Shown: positions 31,879 to 32,000 of the stretch, in pieces | Layout: each line of letters opens with the position of its first letter | Position numbering within the stretch: position 1 is the stretch's first letter | Source: an uncultured Actinomycetota bacterium | GTDB lineage: Bacteria; Actinomycetota; Actinomycetes; Propionibacteriales; Nocardioidaceae | Direction: 5' to 3' | Assembly: GCA_963706355.1 (NCBI GenBank) | Contig: CAVPLS010000005.1 | Location: 549,898-581,897 of the forward strand | Length of the DNA: 32,000 bases | Notes under the pieces: model-generated | Database searches by the model: none | The model's input: only the letters and a program-made list of their open reading frames with translations | What the model was told of the DNA's origin: nothing | Translations under genes and position numbers: made by a program

Positions 31879-32000
31879 GTGCTGCTCTCCGACCGCGACA
31901 TCCTCGCCGAGATCGACGCCCGCCGGGTCGCCCTGGACCCCTTCGACGAGGCGATGGTGCAGCCGTCGAGCGTCGACGTGCGGCTCGACCGGTTCTTCCG
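31879..32000 (+). CDS. dcd: dCTP deaminase, 5-prime fragment (runs off the window)
   Basis: From the GTG at 31879: [40 protein letters not shown] matches the conserved Dcd N-terminus. Confidence 0.82.
   Translation, partial: MLLSDRDILAEIDARRVALDPFDEAMVQPSSVDVRLDRFF

Overview
High-GC actinobacterial chromosomal DNA (Nocardioides-like by protein flavour; this is an impression, not a search result). Genes are densely packed on both strands. I call about 30 intact protein genes, one tRNA-Gly(CCC), several candidate promoters, operators and terminators, and five or six broken genes. I found no CRISPR array, transposase, integrase or rRNA. Most of the content is ordinary housekeeping or accessory metabolism: serA, a FadE5-like acyl-CoA dehydrogenase, a DEAD-box helicase, an S10 peptidase, an aldo/keto reductase, a large secreted glycoside-hydrolase-like protein, an SGNH hydrolase, the 5-prime end of dcd, and many one-component regulators (LuxR-STAND, TetR, ArsR, Rrf2, PAS-ANTAR). 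The main candidate for an undescribed system is a translationally coupled two-gene cassette at 9797-11157. It encodes a small 2-TM DUF4231/SLATT-superfamily protein whose stop codon overlaps (ATGA) the start of a TIR-domain protein carrying its own C-terminal 4-TM module. The cassette sits between serA and a GPP34-family gene that has lost its 5-prime third exactly at the cassette's 3-prime edge, which looks like an insertion scar. It resembles a membrane-resident, Thoeris-like or abortive-infection module, but it lacks any recognisable ThsA, SLOG, SIR2, Macro or cyclase partner. Other points worth a second look: an arr (rifampin ADP-ribosyltransferase) gene co-transcribed behind a DinB-like gene, with a 19-bp palindrome upstream; an 18-bp perfect palindrome after the LuxR gene; a tandem 46-nt hairpin repeat rich in ATGACG hexamers, plus a structured leader, upstream of the helicase; a minimal ArsR-ArsI/CadI module; and a decaying region next to the tRNA-Gly gene. 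Gene disruptions are unusually dense: GPP34, NHL-thioredoxin, SRPBCC, TauE, GGDEF and an O-methyltransferase. All family assignments rest on motif recognition from memory and need HMM or BLAST confirmation.
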